Shown piece after piece: positions 1 through 10,013 of a DNA stretch of 64,000 bases (position 1 is its first letter; each line of letters opens with the position of its first letter). This DNA is from Candidatus Freyarchaeum deiterrae (GTDB lineage: Archaea; Asgardarchaeota; Jordiarchaeia; Jordiarchaeales; Jordiarchaeaceae), in the NCBI GenBank assembly GCA_037305845.1, contig CP147778.1:3072001-3136000 (forward strand). Direction: 5' to 3'. Both the position numbers and the translations under genes were made by a program. The notes below the pieces were generated by a model. It did not search any database. It worked only from the letters and a program-made list of their open reading frames with translations, and was not told the DNA's origin.

Positions 1-1
1 C

Positions 2-3000
2 AATCTTCAAAATGAGAGCTGGACGTTGCTAAGCACCGGATCCACAAACGAATCTGGAATAGCGCAACTCACATTTTTTGTAGACATGAAAAACGGTGAT
101 TGCCAATATAAAATAAGCTACACAGGTAGCTCAAATTACTTACCTATAAAAAAGCAATCATACTTTACAGTAATCGGAGACCCCGACCCCAGTTATACAC
201 TTAATGTTGTGGAGGTCACAGACAAACGTATAAAGTTTGATTATACTTTTACGAGTAACATACCTACCGACAACTTCTTTGGCATTCCTCTTTATCATGG
301 AGGTCTTAACTATGTTGAAGTTCAAGTCTTTGCAGATAGTTCCAATGACGTCGGTTGGTTTAAGTATAGATATACCGAAGATCTAAATGATCTTTCATCT
401 TATTCAAACTCTTGTGAGCTTACTTATTTACAAGCTGTCGGTGTTCCAGGTTACAGCTATGAACAGCTGGTGAACGTTGGGGAGATTCTAGATAAGAATT
501 ACACCAAAGTTTCAATCATGGTTTTTGCGTCACAGGAATGGTATAATATTATTAATCTGAGAGTTGGTTGGTCATCTGGCGGCACCACCAAGTATGAAAC
601 GCTTAAAGATGATGATATTTATGCGCCATCAGGTTCGGTTAAACCTGATTCACCTATAACTTTTCAATTTCCATATGATTATAATTTTACCTTTAATAAT
701 ATTCAGGATGACTCGGGTTGGACCGCCTATATTCAATATTACTTTACTAACCAGTCATATAATAGCACTATTTATGGGCCATATCCGGTATGGAGTACCG
801 ATTCACCCGATGCCATAACTTTTACTTATCATATTAACAGGACTACCTGGAGCTTATATCTAAATACGACAATTGAATACAATTATAAATTGATTGATCA
901 TGACTTTGATTGGGGAAGAGAAAATGATAGAGCTTTCAAAGAGTCTGGTTGGTTGCCCGGTGGGAGAATTTGTACTGAAATTGGTGCTCAAATAGATAGA
1001 ATTGATACTTATGCTTGGTATGGAGGTGATTGGCATCCAATTACGATTTCGCCGCCTGATTACAGTGATTTGTATGTCAATGATAATAATTATATTTACA
1101 TAACTATCGCTAATCCCACAGATAACGATATTAAAATTAACAATGCAGTATTAGGATTTTCATGTAACAAGTTTAAAACTGGAATTAATATTAATACAAG
1201 TATTGCTTCTCCAGATGACACGGGAACTTGGATACCAATTAAAGCATATTTAACTAAAACGATAATGGTAACAAAAAACTTTGATAGTAGTTACTTTAGT
1301 AGTTTAGAAGATTTAGATAATGAAGAAATAAAGATGGAATTTTCATTTACCTACATTAATTCCTCCTCAGAGCCCTCAGAGCCTGGAGCAATTCCCTCAT
1401 CCAATATTCAAGTTGTAGAGATTACAAATAAACATATAGAGTTTACTTATAATTTTGAAAGTAACATACCTCCTGACATCATATTCGGTGTACCTCTTAA
1501 TCTTTATTGGGGTGGTCTTACAAATGTTCAGGTTTCTATCAAGGCATCTGGTCCTTCAGATGGTCTTCACGACGGGTGGTTTGAGTATATCTATCAACAA
1601 AATCTAGACAAATTTCCTTCTTGGGGAGGCACAGTTGATATTGATTCTTTACAAGCTATTAACGTTTCAGGTTACAACGATAATCAGCAGGTTCAACTTG
1701 GAGAGATCATAGATAAGGGTTATACCAACGTTAGTATCACGCTGTATGCGTTACAGGAATGGTATTTTACATGGTTTAAAGCAGGTGAGTCAAGTAGCAA
1801 CCGTAGCTACTACTTTAATGTTGTAGACAATAATAATGCCTCGCTTTACGAAATTTTAGTGGGGGGCACCTCTTCAACATCTTCCTCAAATATTACTTAT
1901 TGTTCAAAATCTTATAATATCACCAGGCCGCCCCCACCAACGGTCAGTTTTATTGGATATGAAGGACACGGCCTAGGTGAATTCACATATAAATATAATG
2001 GAAAGAGTTCAGAAATATTCGCGGTGTTTCAAGTTAATGACACGGCTCGTATTCCCATACAAATCTCTCAAAATTTGGCAATTACTGAAGAAAAATCGGG
2101 AGAATTGATCTCTTTTGCATCTGATACACCGAATATTGGTATTGAAACAAATAAAGAAAGTACTTTATATCCGAACAATGTAACTAAAATCTATTTCAAA
2201 ATAACCCCTTCAACAAAATTTTTCTGGGATGAGAATCTTCTATTGAAAGCCATAGGGAAATGGGTTAATGCTCCCCAACTTCCTAAGGCGATTAGCGACA
2301 TAATGACCTTTATACGTTATTCTTTTGATTTGGCGAATTTTGCAGTGGAATACATGAAGGCACCACCTATAGTTATCGATACGGCTCTGGGTATTATATC
2401 AGTCATTTGGGACGGAGTGGTTCTTTTTGTTGCACCATTAACTCTTGATCCTCAAAGGGAATGTACTTTTACTTCGGATATGACTTGGAAATATATTCAA
2501 AGTCCGGATGGGTCCCTTACCGATTATACTACTTTTAGCTATACTCCACTTGAAATAAATACAACAAAATTGCAATTAAGTGCCTCCTCTGACCAACAAA
2601 ATAATTTTAACAGTGGTTTAGCAGCAAAAGCACTTTCAATTCCGTTAGAGATTCTTTCGTTAGCTGCACCATTCCCGGCTGATGTGGGCTTTGCAGTAGG
2701 AGCTTTTCTAGCAAACTCCCTTTGCGGATCGTTATGGGATCAGGCGAATGATGATTTGCCTTCAGACCAAAATTATACTGCAATATACCAGCCTCAATAT
2801 CCTTCGTTTAATCTTACCGTTTACGAGCCGAAAAACGAATTTGAGGCATTGCTTTTGCAATACATAAATGCCAGTGCACAATACTTAGGCGATTACCAAG
2901 CCTTCAATATAACGAGCTCGAGAAGGGGGGCCGCTATGGCTGCGGGAGATTATGAGGCGGTTATAAACCAAGATTCCGCCCTAGTTAATTACACTAATAA

Positions 3001-4864
3001 CGTGATAGCGGATTCCGTAGCTTTAAAAAATGATATGGAACTCCTGAACTACCATATCTCGGAAAACGTTTCATACTACGTAAACGAATCCTACGCTCTT
3101 GAATCTAACATCTCACAGAACGGCTTATCCGAGCAAAGCATACTCGTATTAGAATCTTTCGGCTACAATCAAACAGAGATAAGCCAGTTGAACCAAACAA
3201 TCATCAGCCTGGCGGGAGAACACATAATTTCGCAGAACATCACAAGTACACTCTCCCTCTTAGACGAGTCCCTGAAAAATTCAACCGAACTACTAAATAC
3301 CCAAATAAAAAGCTATGAGGATTTCGTGACAGAACTAAACAACGAGACCATAAATACCAAAACGCAGTTCTTAAACGAGTCCATAACCACGGCGAGCAAC
3401 GAAACAATCCAGGAACTCGAACAACTCAAAAACGATACAATTACACTTTATAATAACGGGGAATGGAACGCAGTCATAGAGAAAGCCAACCAACTAATCG
3501 AACTAGCTCAGAACACCGCCCTGGAAACAAACAACAACACATACCTCGAATACATAAGTTCCGCACAGGACTATAAGAAAAACGCGGAACAATACCTGAA
3601 AATATACCTCTACCACCTAGAAGAGTTAGAGGTCACCGAAACCGACACCAAAAACGTAACAGTCATAGCACAAAGCGGCGGCGCCCCCACGGCGGACTAC
3701 TTCCTAGAAACGAACGTTTCCTGGGTCACCTCCACACAGCAAACCATCTCCATAACACAGTACCAAAGAACAACGGTAGAACTCACTATTTCTACTCAAG
3801 ACCAGTCACCCGGAACCTACCCTGTAAACCTCAAACTATACCTACCCCAAACCCACACCATCATTGACTCCATACTAACGGTAAAAGTCGTCGACAAAAG
3901 CCCCCCTACAACCACAATCAGTTTAAATGGCACCCCGGGGCTTAATGGCTGGTACACCTCAAACGTGACCGTCACCCTAACGGCCACGGATCCCACCTCA
4001 CCCACTGACGTGAACAAAACGGAATATAGCCTCGACGGAACCAACTGGTTCACCTACTCTGTGCCGTTCACCATAACAACCGAAGGAGTGGTAACCGTAT
4101 ACTTTAACTCAACCGACCAAGCAGGCAACGTGGAAACAACCAAGTCTCAAACAATATGGATCGACCAGACGCCTCCCGCAACCCAGTTAATTATCGGAAT
4201 CCACTACACCGACGGGAAGGGCAACATCTATGTTACCTCCAGCACATGGTTCACTCTAACAGCCACCGACTCTGCTCCTGGCTCAGGAGTCGCAAACACC
4301 TACTACCGCATAAACGGCGGCAACTGGACTGAGTATGTTGGAGCCTTCAACATTACTGGTCCCATAGGAACCTATACCATAGACTACTACAGCGTTGACG
4401 GCGCAGGGAACCAAGAAACGCCGAAAACAGCCACAGTCATCATGGAACAGGCTTACCATGGCTGGGGCAGCCTAGTAATCGGCAAGCAATGGTTCAGAGG
4501 GAACGCCACCCTGTTCCTCTCAGAGCACATGATCCGAATACAGGTAGACAACCAAACAGCCACCTGGAACATCACAAAACAATGCAGAATGGATCACACC
4601 GAATTCTACTACGGCAAGGGCGAACTCGGAAAAATCCTCCTAATGATTCACAGTGGAAAAACATCAACACACGCACTCGCTATAGGCGGCAGAGCTTTCT
4701 TCTGCAGCTGCCCAAAACACTGTGAGCATCATCCCGGCCGAGGCGAATGCGGCAAGCTTCTTACCGTTCCTCACCCCCACCTTGAGGCAGAGCATTCTCC
4801 TCAGCGGAGAACTCCTAACCTTTTTTTTTGGTGGCATGGGTCACCTGAATCATTATACGCCTAA
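2..4864 (+). CDS. Large secreted/cell-surface protein (5' truncated by window) with duplicated beta-rich domain and C-terminal Ig-like/OmpL47-type repeats
   Basis: Frame open from position 2; many N-x-S/T sequons; two C-terminal repeats (DKSPPTTTI...YSLDG..W..Y...STDQAGNVE; DQTPPAT...YRINGG.W..Y...SVDGAGNQE); last ~47 codons read through an antisense IS110 remnant. Confidence 0.75.
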   Translation, partial: NLQNESWTLLSTGSTNESGIAQLTFFVDMKNGDCQYKISYTGSSNYLPIKKQSYFTVIGDPDPSYTLNVVEVTDKRIKFDYTFTSNIPTDNFFGIPLYHGGLNYVEVQVFADSSNDVGWFKYRYTEDLNDLSSYSNSCELTYLQAVGVPGYSYEQLVNVGEILDKNYTKVSIMVFASQEWYNIINLRVGWSSGGTTKYETLKDDDIYAPSGSVKPDSPITFQFPYDYNFTFNNIQDDSGWTAYIQYYFTNQSYNSTIYGPYPVWSTDSPDAITFTYHINRTTWSLYLNTTIEYNYKLIDHDFDWGRENDRAFKESGWLPGGRICTEIGAQIDRIDTYAWYGGDWHPITISPPDYSDLYVNDNNYIYITIANPTDNDIKINNAVLGFSCNKFKTGININTSIASPDDTGTWIPIKAYLTKTIMVTKNFDSSYFSSLEDLDNEEIKMEFSFTYINSSSEPSEPGAIPSSNIQVVEITNKHIEFTYNFESNIPPDIIFGVPLNLYWGGLTNVQVSIKASGPSDGLHDGWFEYIYQQNLDKFPSWGGTVDIDSLQAINVSGYNDNQQVQLGEIIDKGYTNVSITLYALQEWYFTWFKAGESSSNRSYYFNVVDNNNASLYEILVGGTSSTSSSNITYCSKSYNITRPPPPTVSFIGYEGHGLGEFTYKYNGKSSEIFAVFQVNDTARIPIQISQNLAITEEKSGELISFASDTPNIGIETNKESTLYPNNVTKIYFKITPSTKFFWDENLLLKAIGKWVNAPQLPKAISDIMTFIRYSFDLANFAVEYMKAPPIVIDTALGIISVIWDGVVLFVAPLTLDPQRECTFTSDMTWKYIQSPDGSLTDYTTFSYTPLEINTTKLQLSASSDQQNNFNSGLAAKALSIPLEILSLAAPFPADVGFAVGAFLANSLCGSLWDQANDDLPSDQNYTAIYQPQYPSFNLTVYEPKNEFEALLLQYINASAQYLGDYQAFNITSSRRGAAMAAGDYEAVINQDSALVNYTNNVIADSVALKNDMELLNYHISENVSYYVNESYALESNISQNGLSEQSILVLESFGYNQTEISQLNQTIISLAGEHIISQNITSTLSLLDESLKNSTELLNTQIKSYEDFVTELNNETINTKTQFLNESITTASNETIQELEQLKNDTITLYNNGEWNAVIEKANQLIELAQNTALETNNNTYLEYISSAQDYKKNAEQYLKIYLYHLEELEVTETDTKNVTVIAQSGGAPTADYFLETNVSWVTSTQQTISITQYQRTTVELTISTQDQSPGTYPVNLKLYLPQTHTIIDSILTVKVVDKSPPTTTISLNGTPGLNGWYTSNVTVTLTATDPTSPTDVNKTEYSLDGTNWFTYSVPFTITTEGVVTVYFNSTDQAGNVETTKSQTIWIDQTPPATQLIIGIHYTDGKGNIYVTSSTWFTLTATDSAPGSGVANTYYRINGGNWTEYVGAFNITGPIGTYTIDYYSVDGAGNQETPKTATVIMEQAYHGWGSLVIGKQWFRGNATLFLSEHMIRIQVDNQTATWNITKQCRMDHTEFYYGKGELGKILLMIHSGKTSTHALAIGGRAFFCSCPKHCEHHPGRGECGKLLTVPHPHLEAEHSPQRRTPNLFFWWHGSPESLYA

Positions 4865-5046
4865 AGCCACTGGGAGCCCCCCATGTTCATACTCCTAGTG
4901 AGGCTCTTTCCTGCCGATTGGTATACTGAGGGAGCCAAAATCTCTTACTCAGGAAGCCAGATTCTCGTTGTTCTCAGCTGGAATTGCGGAAGCCGACATC
5001 TCACCCACGACCAGAATCGTAATTAACCGCTTCATATCATCCTTGT
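4721..5046 (-). pseudogene. IS110-family transposase remnant (C-terminal Transposase_20 region)
   Basis: Minus-strand translation across frameshifts and stops: RLITILVVGEMSASAIPAE...LAS*...LAPSVYQSAGKSLTRSMNMGGSQWL/RRIMIQVTHA/KVRSSPLRR...GKKLAAFASAGMMLT, matching the IS110 pattern TIPGVG...LA.WAGL.P...QS.G......GS..LR...Q.A.A...K.A..A.ARK. Confidence 0.8.
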
Positions 5047-5432
5047 TGGGGAGGAAGGAAAATAAGTTTTAAGCCCTTTTTGATGCGAATGTAAAGTTAA
5101 ACAGAGCCAATTAAATTATGAAACAAGACACATACTTGAAACACTCCACTAAAAAAATTTCAATTACAGAAAAAAGAGGAATTATTCCTTATTTTTTAAA
5201 AAGAAAATTAATGATCCTTTTTTTCTAGATATCGAATAAAAACAAATCTCTTCCCCTAAAACTACCAAAAACAAGCTGAAGCATCACAAAACTTGTAAAA
5301 AAAATTATTGCTAATTATTTTTAAATGGCTAGTGAAAATCTGAATAATTGGCGGCTTATTTGCCGAAAATATATAAATAATCCTAGGAATGTGTTTCTTA
5401 TTAATAAATGGAAAAAAGGGGATGTAAATTAC

Positions 5433-5978
5433 ATGGTTAGGGAAATGACTGAAACTAATCTTCGCAGTGCATATGCTGGTGAAAGCCAGGCCCATATGAG
5501 GTACATGATTTTTGCAGATAGAGCAAAGCAGAAGTTTCCGAATGTGGCACGTTTGTTCACTGCCATAGCTTTCGCTGAACAAGTTCATGCAACTAATCAT
5601 TTTAGAAATATAGCGAGTAAAGGAGGCTTTACCGTAGTCTCAGCTGCGCCCTTCGGGGCTAAGAATACCTCTGAAGACCTTCAGGCAGGCATTGATGGGG
5701 AGACCTTCGAAATTAACGAGATGTACCCCGCCTATCTGGAAGAAGCTAAATTTCAGGGAGAAAAGGGCGCTGAAACCAGTTTTAGATATGCATGGGAAGC
5801 CGAGAAAATCCACAAAACTATGTACGAAAAAGCAAAAAAAACAGTGGACACGGGTAAAGATATCAAATTAGGGCCAGTGCAGATATGCAGCGTGTGCGGT
5901 CATACTCTTGAAGGTGATGCTCCAGACAAGTGCCCCATATGCGGGTCTCCTAAAAGTTCATTCAAAGCTTTCCCGTAA
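5433..5978 (+). CDS. rbr: Rubrerythrin
   Basis: AYAGESQAHMRY, EQVHA, GETFEINEMYP, EKIH diiron motifs plus C-terminal CxxC...CPxC rubredoxin domain; start moved to ATG 5433. Confidence 0.95.
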   Translation: MVREMTETNLRSAYAGESQAHMRYMIFADRAKQKFPNVARLFTAIAFAEQVHATNHFRNIASKGGFTVVSAAPFGAKNTSEDLQAGIDGETFEINEMYPAYLEEAKFQGEKGAETSFRYAWEAEKIHKTMYEKAKKTVDTGKDIKLGPVQICSVCGHTLEGDAPDKCPICGSPKSSFKAFP

Positions 5979-6351
5979 ATTAACCTACATAAGCTTCGCT
6001 TCTTAGACAAAACATAAAAAAAGTTTTTCAAAGCAAATAGAAAGATACGACTGAAAAACGAAGTTAAATAAACAATTAGCTAAATCCAAAAATTATCTTC
6101 TCTTTTTCTTTTAGAATGATAAATCTCAAAAAATAGAAGTGACCATTAAGGAATAATTTTTATTTCTCCTGTTAGAGGGTTCTGATAACTTATTGTTGGA
6201 AAGTATCATTATTTGAAAAACAATTTTAAAGTTTAAAGCAAATTTGCAATTTTTTCTTTAATTATTATAGGGGGATTTTCCTTAAAGTAGGATGGAATCG
6301 CATGATCGATAAGTCGAATTTATAATCCCTCGCCCTATTATAAGATACAAT

Positions 6352-6921
6352 ATGAAAAAAATAGTTGTCTTTAATTATGTTTCCGTTGATGGATTCTTCG
6401 CTGGGCCAAACGGTGAGATAGATTGGTTCAAGGTAATCAAAAAAGATGATGAGTGGGATGCCTATACCCATAGGCAGGCGCAACCAGGCGGTACGTTGAT
6501 TTTCGGCCATACAACCTACGAAATGATGAAAAGTTATTGGCCCACGCCGGACGCGATCAAGAGCGACCCCGGTATGGCCAAAGCCGTGAATGAAAGCCCA
6601 AAGATCGTTTTTTCAAAGACGCTCAAGAGCGTAGAAGAGGGGCTTCATTGGAAAAATATTAGACTTTTTCATGAGATAAAGCCTGAAGACATACGCAAAC
6701 TGAAAGAGAAGCAAGACATGACGATATTAGGGAGCGGTACCCTCGTGCAGCAGTTTGCAAATCTTGGTCTCATCGACGAATACTGGCTGGTGGTAGTCCC
6801 CATCGTTTTGGGCGCTGGCAAGCCCCTATTCAAAGATGTGAAAACGATGAACCTGAAGCTCCTTGAGGCGAAGAGGTTTAAGAATGGAATTGTCTTGCTT
6901 CGCTATCAACCGGAAAAATAA
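6352..6921 (+). CDS. Dihydrofolate reductase-like / RibD C-terminal domain protein
   Basis: VSVDGFFAGPNGEIDWF, GHTTYE, GSGTLVQ, LIDEY..VVPIVLGAGKPLF. Confidence 0.9.
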   Translation: MKKIVVFNYVSVDGFFAGPNGEIDWFKVIKKDDEWDAYTHRQAQPGGTLIFGHTTYEMMKSYWPTPDAIKSDPGMAKAVNESPKIVFSKTLKSVEEGLHWKNIRLFHEIKPEDIRKLKEKQDMTILGSGTLVQQFANLGLIDEYWLVVVPIVLGAGKPLFKDVKTMNLKLLEAKRFKNGIVLLRYQPEK

Positions 6922-7051
6922 TCTGCACAATATTTAGAAGAAAAAACTTGTAAGAATGAAATCTGCTTTTTCAAGATTCTTCAAGAGTAGAGATACTCTT
7001 GCAAAGTAAAACCGAGTTTAACTTGGCTCTGAAAAATAGAGGAGCCTCTAT

Positions 7052-8002
7052 TCAAAGCTTCAATATCTTTTTTGCGTTTTTTCCCATTATTTTTTCCTTG
7101 TCTTCTATGCTTATGTCGAGGTTCAGTATGTTGTTTAGGTTTTCTACCATGCCCGTTTTTCTATCACAGTAGGCTAGAACTACTGGAAAGTCGCTTCCGT
7201 ACAATATTTTGTCAGCTCCTATCCTCTCTATCGCTCTTCTCGTCAGCTCCGGGTCAACAGCCGAGGTATCTGTGTAAACGTTATCATGCTCCGAAGCTAC
7301 TTTCATCATCTCCTCAAACCATATCCCCGGGTTCTCGGCGCTGTAACTTCCCAGATGAGCTCCCACTATTTTCAAACGCGGGAATTTCTCCGCAACTTCA
7401 CCCAAAAAGTTTGGTTGTGCATCCTTGCAAAAATCAGGATACTCCCATATTTCTGGATCACATCCAGTATGACACAATATCACTAATTCCTCTTTCTGAG
7501 CATACTCATATATCGGATCTAAACGTTCGTCTGTGGGGTTGACGAACTGGAAGGTGGGTATCAGTTTGATTCCCTTAAAACCAAACTTTTTTATTTTCCC
7601 CAGTTTTTCTTCAATCTCTTCCTCCGGCCTCTTCGGGTTAATGGAGCCAAATCCAATAATTCTTTTAGGGTCTTTTTTAACGTACTCGTATATGTCCTCT
7701 TCGGTTCTGTAAACATGATCGAACCAGGACATAATCCCGATAAGGATGCTTCCAAAATTTCCTCCCCCCAAGTTTCTTATGTATCTTACCGGTCTATAGA
7801 ATAAATCCTGATTCGCTGCAACATCGTTTTTTTCAACGTCGAAAGCGAGAAGAACCGCCTCATCAACACCTGCTTCATCCATTCTGCCAATAAGCTCTCC
7901 CTCCACAGAATCAAAACCAGGCGGAACAGGATCCATGAGTGTATCCGGAGGGTGTACATGAATATCTATAACTTCAATCTTTCTGCCCTCAATAGTTATC
8001 AT
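7052..8002 (-). CDS. Amidohydrolase family protein (Amidohydro_2)
   Basis: IDIHVH, KGIKL.P, HTG, AHLG, YTDTS, LYGSDFP; start moved to ATG 8002. Confidence 0.9.
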   Translation of the reverse strand: MITIEGRKIEVIDIHVHPPDTLMDPVPPGFDSVEGELIGRMDEAGVDEAVLLAFDVEKNDVAANQDLFYRPVRYIRNLGGGNFGSILIGIMSWFDHVYRTEEDIYEYVKKDPKRIIGFGSINPKRPEEEIEEKLGKIKKFGFKGIKLIPTFQFVNPTDERLDPIYEYAQKEELVILCHTGCDPEIWEYPDFCKDAQPNFLGEVAEKFPRLKIVGAHLGSYSAENPGIWFEEMMKVASEHDNVYTDTSAVDPELTRRAIERIGADKILYGSDFPVVLAYCDRKTGMVENLNNILNLDISIEDKEKIMGKNAKKILKL

Positions 8003-8225
8003 AGAACTCAACCCTACTAGATTTGCTATAAAGCACCCTGAGCAACTATAATACACTTATTACTAAGAGCCTATACGGTCTGGCACTTTTAAACTTTAAG
8101 TAGATTTTGATTTTTCCTAACAAAAAAAGGAAATTTAATAAATTATATTTCAAAACTTCTTTTCTCGATTAATAAGAACAAGTTACGTACGATTTAAATT
8201 TGCAATCTATCCAGATGCAATAACT

Positions 8226-8744
8226 TTAGCCACTGCTCTGAGACTCCTTAACTCGGACTCGACTCAATACTTTTGGTGCGTCCTTCTCACTGTTCCCTTC
8301 TTTTTGCTTTACCCAAACATCGTAGATTTGATATATCAACTTGAGGGCGTCTTCTCCAGGATGTATGACGATTTCGCCGTAACGTTTAGCTCGGGGGTGA
8401 TTTGGATCTAATTTCTTCGCAAGATCGTTTTCGTAACTTAATTTTCTGAAGCCATTCTTACTTAACGATTCAGGAGCTAATTCCACTTCTCCACTTACCC
8501 GGGGCTTAAATGAATTAATAGGACATCCACCATGTTCCTTTATTATGGCTGATAAAAACAGCCCACCCCTACAGGAGTAAATATAATTTAATTGGGCTCT
8601 GCCAAATTCATCCGTATCATGCTGTATAGATACTCCTATAAGATTCTCACAGCCTCTGCAGGGTCTTTCCGCTCCTTCTACCACTTTTTTCTCAAAGTTT
8701 TGTATAGATTCTGCTTCTTCCCTTTTCCTCACTGTTTCGTGCAT
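8226..8744 (-). CDS. Hypothetical protein, possible 4-Cys metal-binding
   Basis: ATG 8744 follows GGAGG; CRGC...C...C motif; no family recognised. Confidence 0.6.
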   Translation of the reverse strand: MHETVRKREEAESIQNFEKKVVEGAERPCRGCENLIGVSIQHDTDEFGRAQLNYIYSCRGGLFLSAIIKEHGGCPINSFKPRVSGEVELAPESLSKNGFRKLSYENDLAKKLDPNHPRAKRYGEIVIHPGEDALKLIYQIYDVWVKQKEGNSEKDAPKVLSRVRVKESQSSG

Positions 8745-9097
8745 CTGCCTTCCTCCAAGAATAAACGCCTTTGAATCTCTCCAATTATAGCCTTTGTAAT
8801 AGTTGTATATATAAAACTTATCATAAATATCTGCGACTTTCATAAAAGAATATGCAATGTATACGCTGGGGGTGCTGTGAGAAAAGCTCCAAGAAGATAA
8901 AGAGTAAGAAAAACCAAGGACTGAGAGTTCATAAATTTGAGGACTGAAAATTGAATGAAACGTTAAGGAATGGGGGCTTGAATAGTTTGTTGGTTTCGGT
9001 GTTGGTTTTTATATTTTATCGGGGTATACTAAAAACTTAAATAGGATGAATTGCATGATAAATATGAATAATATGAAAAATTATATTGGTGTGAATT

Positions 9098-9382
9098 ATG
9101 GCAAAAATTGGTAAAGGCAAATTCATCTTCGGAACCGTAAAAGTCGGTGAAAGAGGACAAATAGTGATACCAAAAGAGGCTCGAGAACTATTCAAAATCA
9201 ACCCCGGAGACACTCTACTAGTTGCAGGTGACCTAAACAAGGGACTCGCAATCGCCAAGGTTGAGGGAATTAAGGGATACATATTGAAAATTCTTTCGGC
9301 ACCTGAAGATAAGCCCTCAGACATCCAAGAAGTTCCTAAAGCATCGGAAGAAGATGAATCCGAAGAAGAATCAGATAAATGA
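9098..9382 (+). CDS. AbrB/MazE/SpoVT family DNA-binding protein
   Basis: GTVKVGERGQIVIPKEARELFKINPGD. Confidence 0.92.
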   Translation: MAKIGKGKFIFGTVKVGERGQIVIPKEARELFKINPGDTLLVAGDLNKGLAIAKVEGIKGYILKILSAPEDKPSDIQEVPKASEEDESEEESDK

Positions 9383-9453
9383 AAATTTGTAAATCGGAGG
9401 GTTTGAAGAAATATCGATAAATTAAGAAAGAATAATAGGAGCGTAATAAAAAA

Positions 9454-9981
9454 ATGGGTGAATCAACACCAAATCTTGGTTTTAAATTAATGGCTCTCAT
9501 GTTCAAGGTTCGCGATTCCATCGCGCCCCGCAAGAATATTCTAAAAGAGGTGGGAATTAAACCAGGTTTTCATTTGCTCGATTATGGTTGCGGTCCTGGG
9601 GGTTATATAACCACCGCAGCAGATTTAGTGGGAAAATCAGGGAAAATTTATGCTCTGGATATTAACCCGCTTGCAATTCGGAGTGTTCAGAATATTGCTT
9701 CGAAAAAGAAGCTGACGAATGTGGAAACTATTCTTTCAGATCGCAAAACTGGATTGCCCAATAACAGTCTGGATGTAATACTATTGTACGATGCTTTTCA
9801 CGGTTTGAGTGACCAGAATGGGGTATTAAAAGAGTTGCATCGCGTCTTGACACCAAGAGGAATTCTATCCTTCAGTGACCATCATATGAAAGAAAATGAA
9901 ATAGTGTCCAAGATAACCAAAAACGAATTGTTCAAACTATCAAAAAAAGGCGAAAAAACTTACAGTTTTCAAAAAAAGTAA
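9454..9981 (+). CDS. Class I SAM-dependent methyltransferase
   Basis: LLDYGCGPG motif I; YALDINP; ELHRVLTPRG. Confidence 0.9.
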   Translation: MGESTPNLGFKLMALMFKVRDSIAPRKNILKEVGIKPGFHLLDYGCGPGGYITTAADLVGKSGKIYALDINPLAIRSVQNIASKKKLTNVETILSDRKTGLPNNSLDVILLYDAFHGLSDQNGVLKELHRVLTPRGILSFSDHHMKENEIVSKITKNELFKLSKKGEKTYSFQKK

Positions 9982-10013
9982 AAGTCAGGAAAATTATTAG
10001 AAGATGAAATATT

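Noticed and set aside
5325-5432. N-terminal extensions in the ORF track (rubrerythrin, amidohydrolase, 8843, paaK)
   Set aside because: They run through AT-rich promoter DNA; downstream starts match family N-termini and, for several, have a visible RBS
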